64,000 nt of DNA from an uncultured Sphaerobacteraceae bacterium (GTDB lineage: Bacteria; Chloroflexota; Chloroflexia; Thermomicrobiales; UBA6265), in assembly GCA_964461025.1 (NCBI GenBank), contig CAYWSE010000003.1, positions 14,247 to 78,246 of the forward strand, written 5' to 3'. The stretch's first letter is position 1. The number at the start of each line of letters is the position of its first letter. The position numbers and the translations under genes are program-made. Below the pieces are notes generated by a model. The model saw only the letters and a program-made list of their open reading frames with translations. It had not been told where the DNA came from and did not search any database. Shown here piece after piece: positions 36,147-44,240 of this stretch.

Positions 36147-36186
36147 ACGGGCATACCTTCAAAAAATGCTGGCCCGAGAAGCTCGA

Positions 36187-37812
36187 TCAGCCTTTGGACG
36201 CTTCACGCACCACGGTAAAGACTGTCGGCCAGCTGTAGACATCCTGGACGTTGGATCGCGCGCCGACCAGCAGTTCGTTGCTGTAAAGCCAGATCATCGG
36301 TGCGTCGTCCCAAATCAGCTGTTGGGCCTGACCGAAAATCTCGAGCCGGGCATCGGTGTCGACGGTCGTCAGCCCCTGCGCCAGGAGCTCATCGACCTCG
36401 GGATTGCGATACCACATCAGGTTCCAGACCGGTGGCGCCGCGGCGGCATCTTCGTTCGAGCGGAAGACGGCGTTCAGGTGGTAGCCAATGTCGCCGTTCG
36501 ACGGGTTGAACCCGAAAATGAGCATGTCGTATTCGGCCTCGTCCTGGGGCAGCTTGAAGTAGTCCCAGCGAGACGCGGCCTCCACCTGCCAGATTTCGAC
36601 TTCGCATCCGACGGCCCGCAAATCCGCCTGGGCGGCCTCGACGACCTGAATGTCCTTCGGATATTCGCCGACCGCGGTATTGAGCGTGAAACTCAGACGG
36701 ACGCCGTCCTTTTCACGCACGCCACCGTCGCCTTCGACCCATCCGGCATCGGTCAACATCTGCGCAGCCAGCTCCGGATCGTAGGGATACTCGCCGGCCG
36801 AAATGTGGCCCTGGATCGTGGAAGCCGCCGGAGAGTCGAGCACGACCGCGTGGCCAAGGAAGAGATTGTCAACGATCGACTGCTTGTTTACGGCGTGGTT
36901 GAGCGCTTTGCGGACGTTGACGTCCTGGAAGATTTCGCGGGTCAGGTTCATTTCCAGCCAGAATGTACGAAGTCCGGGTCGCTGCAACATTTGCAGGTCG
37001 CCACCGGCGGCGAAACGCTCGACGTCTTCGGGCGGGACATCGTTGGTGAGATCGGCTTCACCCGTTTCCACGAGAAGAACGCGCGATGCGACCTCCGGGG
37101 TGGCGCGGAAGATGATCTTCTCGAGCTTCGCGGGATCTCCGAAGAAACCAGGATTGGCGACGAGGGTCAGCTCGGTGCCGGGCGTGAAACTCTCCAGCAT
37201 GTAGGGTCCGGTGCCGACCGGATTCTGGGCGAACGCCTCGCCATGCTCTTCGAGGGCGGCTGGACTGGGAATCCCGCCCGAACCGTGGGCCAGATAGTTC
37301 AGCATCGGACCGAATGGCTCGGCGGTGACCAGATCGACGGTGTACTCGTCGACCACATTCACCGCTGAAATGTGCGCCCACAGGCTGGCGTTGGGGGAAG
37401 CGGTGTCGGGATTCTGGATGCGAGCGATGTGCGCTGCCACGGCATCGGCATTGAAGTCCGTGCCGTCATGGAAGGTGACGCCCTGCCGCAGGGCAAAGGT
37501 CCAGGTCAGGCCGTCCTCCGATTGCGTCCAAGATTCGGCCAGCGCTGGCACGATGGCCAGATCACGATCGAAGGTGACGAGATTGTTGTAGATGGCGAAA
37601 ACGGCTTCGTAGCCGGCCGGATATCCCTGCGGATTGACCGAATCGAGCGAGGTGATCGGCGCGCTCTGCGCATAGACCAGCTCCCCGCTTGCTTCCTGCA
37701 GCGCCACCGCAAATGCGTCGCTGGTCGTGACGATTGTGGCGCCGGCGGCAACCGCCGCCGTACCCGCGAGCACCTGCCTTCGCGTCAGCTTCCTGTTCTG
37801 ATGCCTGTTCAC
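36187..37812 (-). CDS. ABC substrate-binding protein, family 5, Tat signal
   Basis: LTRRQVLAGTAAVAAGATIV twin-arginine signal and SBP_bac_5 body (WTQSEDGLTWTFALRQGVTFHDG). GTGA overlap with the gntR-type gene. Confidence 0.9.
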   Translation of the reverse strand: MNRHQNRKLTRRQVLAGTAAVAAGATIVTTSDAFAVALQEASGELVYAQSAPITSLDSVNPQGYPAGYEAVFAIYNNLVTFDRDLAIVPALAESWTQSEDGLTWTFALRQGVTFHDGTDFNADAVAAHIARIQNPDTASPNASLWAHISAVNVVDEYTVDLVTAEPFGPMLNYLAHGSGGIPSPAALEEHGEAFAQNPVGTGPYMLESFTPGTELTLVANPGFFGDPAKLEKIIFRATPEVASRVLLVETGEADLTNDVPPEDVERFAAGGDLQMLQRPGLRTFWLEMNLTREIFQDVNVRKALNHAVNKQSIVDNLFLGHAVVLDSPAASTIQGHISAGEYPYDPELAAQMLTDAGWVEGDGGVREKDGVRLSFTLNTAVGEYPKDIQVVEAAQADLRAVGCEVEIWQVEAASRWDYFKLPQDEAEYDMLIFGFNPSNGDIGYHLNAVFRSNEDAAAAPPVWNLMWYRNPEVDELLAQGLTTVDTDARLEIFGQAQQLIWDDAPMIWLYSNELLVGARSNVQDVYSWPTVFTVVREASKG

Positions 37813-38627
37813 GCCGAAACCTCCTGACGTAATACGCTGAGCATTCCACCGGGCGGGAATGCTCCCTGCAACTGCCGGTTCGTTTGTCCTCCTGGAGCAA
37901 AAACCTCGAACGAAAAGGCGTAACGGTCACTGCGAAAAACCGATCGCGTCGCGTCGATCGCCCGGCTCTCGGTGTAGACCGCGTAGTCATTGATCAGCAC
38001 GGGATCGCCCGAACCGATGTGCAGGATGCGGGCCTGCTCGCGCGTTGCCGCTGCGGCACTGATGCGCAATTTGCTGCTCTCGACCGTGACGCCGAGCTGC
38101 TGTTCGTAGAGCGCCGTCAGCGAGGCGCTGGTGAGGTCGAGCGCATCGAGGAGCGCGAGAAAGTCGGGATGAATCCAGCGAGACTCGATCCATAGCGGCT
38201 CTCCAGCCACGGACCCCGCCCGGCGAATACGCGTCGATTCGATACCGGGTGCGACGTTTAGCAGCTGGGCGATCCGTTGGGGAGCAGGGAACGCTTCGAC
38301 CGACAGGAGCTCGATTGTCGGCGCGCCGGCCTGCTGAATGAGGTCTTCTTCGAACCCGAGAAGCTGGCTTGAGTGACGCTCGATCTGCCGAGCCGACGCC
38401 TGAGCGGTGACGAAGGTGCCGCTCCCCCGCCTTGAGGAAATCAGACCGTCTTCCTCCAGCCGCTTGAGAGCGGTACGCACGGTCACCCGGCTCACCTCGT
38501 AGGTCTCCATGAGCTCGGATTCGGTCGGCAATTTCTCGCCAGACCGGTACACTCCCGACTCGATGGCGGAGCGGAGCTGCAATTCGAGCTGGTGGTAGAG
38601 GGGGACCGGGACCTTGCGTTCCAACAT
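37809..38627 (-). CDS. GntR-family transcriptional regulator (HutC/UTRA subfamily)
   Basis: PLYHQLELQLRSAIESGVYRSGEKLPTESELMETYEVSRVTVRTALKRLEEDGLISSRRGSGTFV winged HTH plus a UTRA-like C-terminal half. Confidence 0.92.
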   Translation of the reverse strand: MLERKVPVPLYHQLELQLRSAIESGVYRSGEKLPTESELMETYEVSRVTVRTALKRLEEDGLISSRRGSGTFVTAQASARQIERHSSQLLGFEEDLIQQAGAPTIELLSVEAFPAPQRIAQLLNVAPGIESTRIRRAGSVAGEPLWIESRWIHPDFLALLDALDLTSASLTALYEQQLGVTVESSKLRISAAAATREQARILHIGSGDPVLINDYAVYTESRAIDATRSVFRSDRYAFSFEVFAPGGQTNRQLQGAFPPGGMLSVLRQEVSA

Positions 38628-38643
38628 CGGCTTGACCCGCGAT

Positions 38644-38663
38644 TTATCCTAAAGATAGGATAA
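38644..38663. promoter_or_regulatory. candidate GntR operator: AT-rich palindrome TTATCCTA-aaga-TAGGATAA
   Basis: Perfect 8-bp inverted repeat with a 4-nt spacer, 17 nt upstream of the gntR-type start, inside the 98-bp divergent region. It stands out as AT-rich in a GC-rich genome. Confidence 0.45.
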
Positions 38664-38731
38664 CCATACGAATTCGGCGCGCCGCTGTCAACAACGGCGG
38701 CGGAGATAGAGAGGCGAAGGTTGCGTTGGGG

Positions 38732-39823
38732 ATGATTGTCGATTCGCATTCACACATCTTCCCGTGGCTGGGCGGGCCAAGCGGTTTCGCCACCGCCGAC
38801 GAGCATCTGCGCCTCTTTCAGCTGACCATCGCCACGCACAGCGAACCGGTGCGCCGGCTGCGCGATCACGCCAGCGTGCCGGAGGGCGTGCAGGGAATCA
38901 TTCGGGGAGAAATCACGTCTCTTGAAGACCTTCCGCGCGACGGGAATTTCCGAATCGGTCCTTTCGGGCGGTTCGAGTGGGACTGGGAGGGCGAAACCTA
39001 CTATCGCTCGTTCATGCCACCCTGTCTGCAGGCGATGGAAACACCGCCCGGCTACATCCTCCAGGAAATGGCCCGCGCAGGCGTCGACATGGCGATCCTG
39101 CAGAATGCCGGAATCTACGGCCGGTTGAATCCCGAGTTCGCTCAGGCGATGAAAGACTTCCCCGACAAGTTCATCGGCCTGGCCGACGTCTGGCCCGTCG
39201 AAGCGGCGACTGCCAACGAATCAGACCGGCTCACCCACGCAATTCGCGACCTGGGGCTGCGCGGCATCTACTACAGCAACAGCGAACTGATCCTCGATGG
39301 GCACCGTCGCCGCTTCGACGATCCGGTCTTCGATGGCTACTGGGAAACGGTGCAGGGATTGGGCATCCCGGTTTTCTGGGCGATTCTCGGTGTACCGATG
39401 CCGACACCGGAAAACTATCTGATCGAGATCGACCGGCTGGACAGATGGACGCAGCGCTGGCCGGAGATTCCCTCGCTGCTCACGCATGGATTGGCGCCGT
39501 CGCTGCTCGAAGAGATGTCCGATCCGGTGGAGCGGTTGCTGTCGCGCTCGTCGATGATGATCGAGCTTCTCTACCCGATTCACTGGGGGCGATTGCACAC
39601 ATATCCCTACCCCGAGCTGCGTCCGGCCCTGCAAACACTCATCGAACGGTGCGGACCAGAACGACTGACCTGGGGATCGGACATGCCGAATGTGCTGCGA
39701 AACTGCACGTACCGGCAATCGCTCGACTATCTGTATCCCGGACTCGACGGTCTGGTCACCAGCGCCGGGATGGACGCCATCCTCGGCGACAATGTCTTGC
39801 GGCTGGTGAACTGGTCATCGTAG
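38732..39823 (+). CDS. amidohydrolase_2 family metal-dependent hydrolase (TIM barrel)
   Basis: MIVDSHSHIF N-terminal HxH motif and ...WGSDMPN near the C-terminus. Track start is TTG 38726. Confidence 0.85.
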   Translation: MIVDSHSHIFPWLGGPSGFATADEHLRLFQLTIATHSEPVRRLRDHASVPEGVQGIIRGEITSLEDLPRDGNFRIGPFGRFEWDWEGETYYRSFMPPCLQAMETPPGYILQEMARAGVDMAILQNAGIYGRLNPEFAQAMKDFPDKFIGLADVWPVEAATANESDRLTHAIRDLGLRGIYYSNSELILDGHRRRFDDPVFDGYWETVQGLGIPVFWAILGVPMPTPENYLIEIDRLDRWTQRWPEIPSLLTHGLAPSLLEEMSDPVERLLSRSSMMIELLYPIHWGRLHTYPYPELRPALQTLIERCGPERLTWGSDMPNVLRNCTYRQSLDYLYPGLDGLVTSAGMDAILGDNVLRLVNWSS

Positions 39824-39868
39824 ACGCATCGCCAGTTCAGCCTCGCGGCGCTGACCCCGTGTGCTAGT

Positions 39869-39918
39869 CTCGGTATTGCCGAATGCGGCGCCGGCGCAGT
39901 GTGATCGGCACCGGCACG
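39869..39918 (+). terminator. candidate terminator after the amidohydrolase_2 gene
   Basis: ccgaatgcg ... cgcattcgg (9 bp) plus an inner gccgg/ccggc stem, followed by TTTCCTCCC, 46 nt after the stop. Imperfect, with a large loop. Confidence 0.35.
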
Positions 39919-40023
39919 CATTCGGTTTCCTCCCGCCACCTTCCACCACTCGCAAATGCGACACGGAACCAGATTGACCGGTCACCGGTATATCTGTCAG
40001 TGTGCTCAGCCACGCTCGAGGGA

Positions 40024-40602
40024 GTGCCGATCGACGAACGGGAAGTGATCCATCAGGCAAAGCAGGGCGACCGGGAGGCCATCGAGAGCCTCGTCCGTCT
40101 ACACCAGGATGTTGCCTTTCGCACTGCCTGGATCATCACCCGAAACACCGAGGATGCGCGCGACGCCGCCCAAATCGCCATGTTCAAGGCGATTAACGCT
40201 TTGCCTCGATTTCGGGATGGTTCGCCCTTTCGTCCCTGGCTGTTGCGGATCGTCGCCAACGAAGCGAAAGACATCGTGACCTCAGCGAGCAGACGAACGA
40301 TCGCGCCACTCGATGAAGCTGCGTTCTCGCTCAAACCGGCGCCTGATCCATCTCCTGAGTCGCTGGCCGAACAGCGGGAGGAAGCGGAGATGCTGCTGGC
40401 GGCAATCGACCGGTTGGACGTCGATCACCGGTTGGTGATCGCCTATCGCTATCTTCTCGGGCTCTCGGAGGCGGAAATGGCGAGCGCGCTGGCCATTCCT
40501 CCAGGTACGGTGAAATCGAGGTTGTCGCGGTCGCTGAAACGGCTCAGGGAATCGCTTTCTGAGGATGCCGCGATTGAAGCAAATGAGCAACGAGATGGAT
40601 GA
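40024..40602 (+). CDS. ECF-type RNA polymerase sigma-70 factor
   Basis: Region 2 (LVRLHQDVAFRTAWIITRNTEDARDAAQIAMFKA..PWLLRIVANEA) and region 4 (LSEAEMASALAIPPGTVKSRLSRSLKRL). I chose GTG 40024. The track ORF starts at 39883 with a basic non-sigma leader. Confidence 0.88.
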   Translation: MPIDEREVIHQAKQGDREAIESLVRLHQDVAFRTAWIITRNTEDARDAAQIAMFKAINALPRFRDGSPFRPWLLRIVANEAKDIVTSASRRTIAPLDEAAFSLKPAPDPSPESLAEQREEAEMLLAAIDRLDVDHRLVIAYRYLLGLSEAEMASALAIPPGTVKSRLSRSLKRLRESLSEDAAIEANEQRDG

Positions 40603-41401
40603 GGTGAGATTGCCGCGCGGCGGCCCAACCGATACCGAGCTCGAAGCGCGGCTTTTTGCCCTGGCGGGAGAACTAGCGTGGCCAGAGACGCCGCAGCTAA
40701 ACGTTGCTGAGCCGAAGGCAAGTCGCCCGTTGCCACTGAGACGGCGCCAGATTCTGGTCGCCGCGGCCATCGTGTTGCTGGCGCTGGGAACCGCTCTGGC
40801 GATTTCGGGAGGGTTCCGCGATTCGGTGGCCGGGCTTTTTGGCGTCGACGGACTTTCGATCGAGCTCCGGCGGAACCCCGAATCCGGGGAAGGCATCAAC
40901 CCGGCGACCAATCTCTCCATCGGCACTGAAATCTCGCTCGATGAGGCGACAAACCAGCTGCCATTCGGTCCGCTTGTCCCGGAAACACTTGGTTCGCCTG
41001 ACGCCGTATTCCTGCGCACTCTTCCTGGCAATGACCAGATGCTGTCGCTCGTCTATCTGCCGTCCGATCGGGTCCCTGAAACGGCAGAAACGGGAGTTGG
41101 CCTCCTGCTCATGCAATTTGCGTCGACGTTCGATTCCGCGCAGCTGGTGAAAACGCTAATCACCGATTTCAGTCAGGTTCAGATCGTCTATTTCGATGGA
41201 CATGAGGCCTACTGGATCGAGGGTCTGAGCGAGTTGACGATTCTCTCTGACCCATCGACGGGAGTGTCAGAGGAATCGACGCGGCCCACCGCGAATGTCC
41301 TGATCTGGCAAGACGACGACGTAACCTACCGGCTCGAATCGGCGCTGGCGCGAGACGAGGCGCTCGCCATCGCCGAGTCGCTCCGGCCGGCGGAAGGCTG
41401 A
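40565..41401 (+). CDS. single-pass anti-sigma-like membrane protein with DUF4367-like extracytoplasmic domain
   Basis: Overlaps the sigma gene 3' end. One TM helix (ILVAAAIVLLALGTALAISGGF). C-terminal ...YWIEG...VLIWQDDDVTYRLESALARDEALAIAESL resembles DUF4367. Start may be 40583 or 40595. Confidence 0.65.
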   Translation: MPRLKQMSNEMDEVRLPRGGPTDTELEARLFALAGELAWPETPQLNVAEPKASRPLPLRRRQILVAAAIVLLALGTALAISGGFRDSVAGLFGVDGLSIELRRNPESGEGINPATNLSIGTEISLDEATNQLPFGPLVPETLGSPDAVFLRTLPGNDQMLSLVYLPSDRVPETAETGVGLLLMQFASTFDSAQLVKTLITDFSQVQIVYFDGHEAYWIEGLSELTILSDPSTGVSEESTRPTANVLIWQDDDVTYRLESALARDEALAIAESLRPAEG

Positions 41402-41481
41402 ACGATCCGGGGAACCTTTCGGCACGCCACACGGTATTGATGTCGACAACCGTGTGCCGCGATCGTTTGAAAGGAACACCG

Positions 41482-42465
41482 ATGAAACGATTACTTCTCG
41501 CATTCACTGCACTTGTATTTGTGCTCGGCGCCGGCTCTCCGCTTGTGATCGCCGGAGGATGGGCAAGCGTCCGCTCGAATGAGACATTGACGACTCTCGT
41601 GGCCGGAGAAACGCAAGCCGTCGAACTCTCTGTCTGGGCTCACGACCGAACCAAGACCGAGGTCGAAAGCATGTCGGTCGTCGCCACGAATGCCGAAACG
41701 GGTGAGTCGCTGACATTCCCGGCGGAAGCCACCGGCGAAACCGGCGAATATGTCGCGGAAATCACCATTCCGGAAGTTGGAACGTGGAAGTTCGTCGCCC
41801 TGATTCCACCCTACCCCGAATTCGCCTTGCCAACGGTCGAGATCGGCAGCGTGGTCAGCGCCATGGATCGCAATCTGCGCTTCGGCATCGGTTCGGGCGA
41901 TTGCGGTTCGGTGGAATCGGTCACAGAGACGTTCGAGCTGGCGCGTTCGACGGCCAACGCGGGATTGTTCGGTGGAACAATCTCTGGTCTGACCAATGGG
42001 TCACTCCTCCTGATCCTGGGATCAGATGACCTCGTGCAGGCGTGTGGCATCCTGCCGGACGGCGCATCAGGGCACCTGACAGTGGTGACCCTGGAACCGG
42101 TCGACGGTGGGTCCCCTGCGGCGATCGTTTCACTACCGGGCGTGGGAGAGACTCGTTCGGTTCAGGTTCTGCCGATCGAACTCGACGCCGGGGCGAACGT
42201 GACCACAATCGAGATCGTTACCGACGAGTCGAGCCAGTGGTCTTTCAGTCCCGCGGAGGTCGAGATTGCCTCGGGTGACGTTGTCGTCTGGATCAACGAT
42301 TCCGGTGTGGTGCACACGATCGCCAGCGATTCTCCCGGCGTTGCCGACTCGGCACTGATCGAACCTCTCGGCATGCACACGCAGATGTTCACGGAAGCGG
42401 GCACATATGAGTACCTGTGTGGACCTCACCCGATGATGACCGGTAGGGTTGTCGTAGCGGATTGA
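41482..42465 (+). CDS. secreted protein with C-terminal plastocyanin/azurin-like type-1 copper domain
   Basis: AAAGGAA RBS and Sec signal MKRLLLAFTALVFVLGAG. C-terminal VVVWINDSGVVHTI...YEYLCGPHPMMTGRVVV supplies the H, C, H, M ligand set. Confidence 0.85.
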   Translation: MKRLLLAFTALVFVLGAGSPLVIAGGWASVRSNETLTTLVAGETQAVELSVWAHDRTKTEVESMSVVATNAETGESLTFPAEATGETGEYVAEITIPEVGTWKFVALIPPYPEFALPTVEIGSVVSAMDRNLRFGIGSGDCGSVESVTETFELARSTANAGLFGGTISGLTNGSLLLILGSDDLVQACGILPDGASGHLTVVTLEPVDGGSPAAIVSLPGVGETRSVQVLPIELDAGANVTTIEIVTDESSQWSFSPAEVEIASGDVVVWINDSGVVHTIASDSPGVADSALIEPLGMHTQMFTEAGTYEYLCGPHPMMTGRVVVAD

Positions 42466-42521
42466 TCGTTCCGAAACCAACGCGTGAGTTGCAGAGGAAG
42501 TGTCGCCGCTCCAACTCACCT

Positions 42522-43355
42522 TCACCGCTCCTCGATCGACCGGGTGAGCGCTGACGTGACGATTTTCCGAACCAGGAGGAGCACGACGAGCACGGGCGTG
42601 AGAAAGAGCACACCGAGCGCCGCCAGCTCTCGTTGTGAGGAAGCAGACGTGGAGGAGTTGAAGAAGAATCTCGCCAGCGTCGTCAGGTCGGGATCGCTGA
42701 TTAGTACGATCGGCAGCAGCGCATCCGACCACGATGTCACGAAGGCCAGACCGGCGACGATGCCGACGCCGGGCAGCGCCGCCGGCGTGACAACGCCAAT
42801 CCAGCGGCGCATCAGTGAGGCGCCATCGACCATCGCCGCCTGGTCGAGCTGGCGAGGCACGGCGTCGTAAAACCCCTTCATCAACCAGGTCAGAAACGGC
42901 AGTGCGATCGCCGTTTCGGCGATGACCAGACCGCGCAGATTGTTGTTCAGATGGAGCCGAATCGACAGCTCGAAGATCGCCACCATCGTCACGGTCAGCG
43001 GCATCGCGTAGAGCAGGATCACCCCGTACATCACTTCCTGCTTGCGTCGGAAACGAGCTCGCGACAGTCCATGCCCCGCCAGGCACGCCAGGAACGTCGC
43101 CAACGTCATGCTGGCCGCTGAGACTACGACGCTGTTCTCAAAGGCCGTGCGCACCAGTGGTTGATCGAAGAGTTCGCGGAGGTTGTCCAATGTCGGGTCG
43201 CCGGGCCATGGAATCGAGCCGGTGATCCCTGCATCGAATGCCTGGGCGAGAATCCACGCAAATGGCGCGCCGAAGAAGAGGATGACCGCCAGCAGGGCGA
43301 GCGTCGTCGCCGCACGAGCTGCGATGGTCTCCTGCGAAGCCGCCCGGCGTTTCAC
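42522..43355 (-). CDS. carbohydrate-type (CUT1) ABC permease, MalG-like
   Basis: 277 aa, six TM helices, EAA loop DQAAMVDGASLMRRWIGVVTPAALPG. Confidence 0.9.
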   Translation of the reverse strand: MKRRAASQETIAARAATTLALLAVILFFGAPFAWILAQAFDAGITGSIPWPGDPTLDNLRELFDQPLVRTAFENSVVVSAASMTLATFLACLAGHGLSRARFRRKQEVMYGVILLYAMPLTVTMVAIFELSIRLHLNNNLRGLVIAETAIALPFLTWLMKGFYDAVPRQLDQAAMVDGASLMRRWIGVVTPAALPGVGIVAGLAFVTSWSDALLPIVLISDPDLTTLARFFFNSSTSASSQRELAALGVLFLTPVLVVLLLVRKIVTSALTRSIEER

Positions 43356-44233
43356 GATCGTTCCTCCGCAATGCGCAGGTACACAACGGCCAGACAGAGC
43401 GAGATCAGCAAAATAACAACGGAAAGCGCCGCCCCATAGCCAATACGAAAGTCGATCAGCGCCGAATGGAACGAATAGAGCGCGATCGTCTCGGTCTGCA
43501 GCGCCGTTCCCCCGCCGGTGAGGATTTCATTGAGCAGAAAACTCCCGCCGGCCATGATCGATGTCATCAGCAGAACGAGACCGGTCAGCCCTCTGATCTG
43601 CGGCAGGGTGATTGTCCACATGCGTGTCCAGCTTGAAGCGCCATCGAGTTTCGCCGCCTCGGTCACTGCGTCGGGAATGGTCTGCAGCGCCCCGAAGAAG
43701 ACGATCATCGCCAGCGCCAGCGTTCTCCACGTTTCCGCGACAATGACCGCCGTCATTGGATACTCACCAAGCCAGTCGACACGCCCGAATCCAAGCGAAG
43801 TGAGAAGCCCATTCAGGACGCCGTCGCGGTAGTCGAAAACCACCCCCCAGATCGAGCCGGCGAGCGGCACCGGACAGACACCGGCAACCACCACCGCGCC
43901 GAACGCCACGAATGCCAGCCCATGACCGTGCCTGTGCGCCCGATCGATCAGCAAGGCAACGAACAAACCGCCGCCGGTGGCGCCGATCACAGCCGCGCCA
44001 ACAATAAATACAAAGGAATTGCGGACGAATCGCCAGAAATCGGGATGCGAGAGCATCGTCCGATAGTTGTCGAGTCCGATGAACTCGGTCGATCCCGCCA
44101 TCGGTCCGACCAGACTCATCGGGGTCAGACTGATATAGATCGCCCACAAGGCCGGAACGATCGTGAAGAGCGTGACCAGAATGGCGGCCGGGACGACGAT
44201 CAGAAGATACGACCGCTGCGCCGCAATGCTCAT
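43352..44233 (-). CDS. carbohydrate-type (CUT1) ABC permease, MalF-like
   Basis: EAA loop TEAAKLDGASSWTRMWTITLPQIRG. I chose ATG 44233, just after the upstream stop at 44241. Track start 44314 would overlap the SBP gene by 74 nt. Confidence 0.9.
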   Translation of the reverse strand: MSIAAQRSYLLIVVPAAILVTLFTIVPALWAIYISLTPMSLVGPMAGSTEFIGLDNYRTMLSHPDFWRFVRNSFVFIVGAAVIGATGGGLFVALLIDRAHRHGHGLAFVAFGAVVVAGVCPVPLAGSIWGVVFDYRDGVLNGLLTSLGFGRVDWLGEYPMTAVIVAETWRTLALAMIVFFGALQTIPDAVTEAAKLDGASSWTRMWTITLPQIRGLTGLVLLMTSIMAGGSFLLNEILTGGGTALQTETIALYSFHSALIDFRIGYGAALSVVILLISLCLAVVYLRIAEERS

Positions 44234-44240
44234 CGATGGG

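Noticed and set aside
35842-37368. 508-aa ORF on the plus strand
   Set aside because: It is antisense to the DppB-like and family-5 SBP genes of the minus-strand operon. No recognisable domains.
39883-40023. 47-aa N-terminal extension of the ECF sigma ORF
   Set aside because: The sequence is basic and unlike sigma region 1/2. Sigma homology begins right after GTG 40024, so the stretch more likely holds the promoter/5' UTR.
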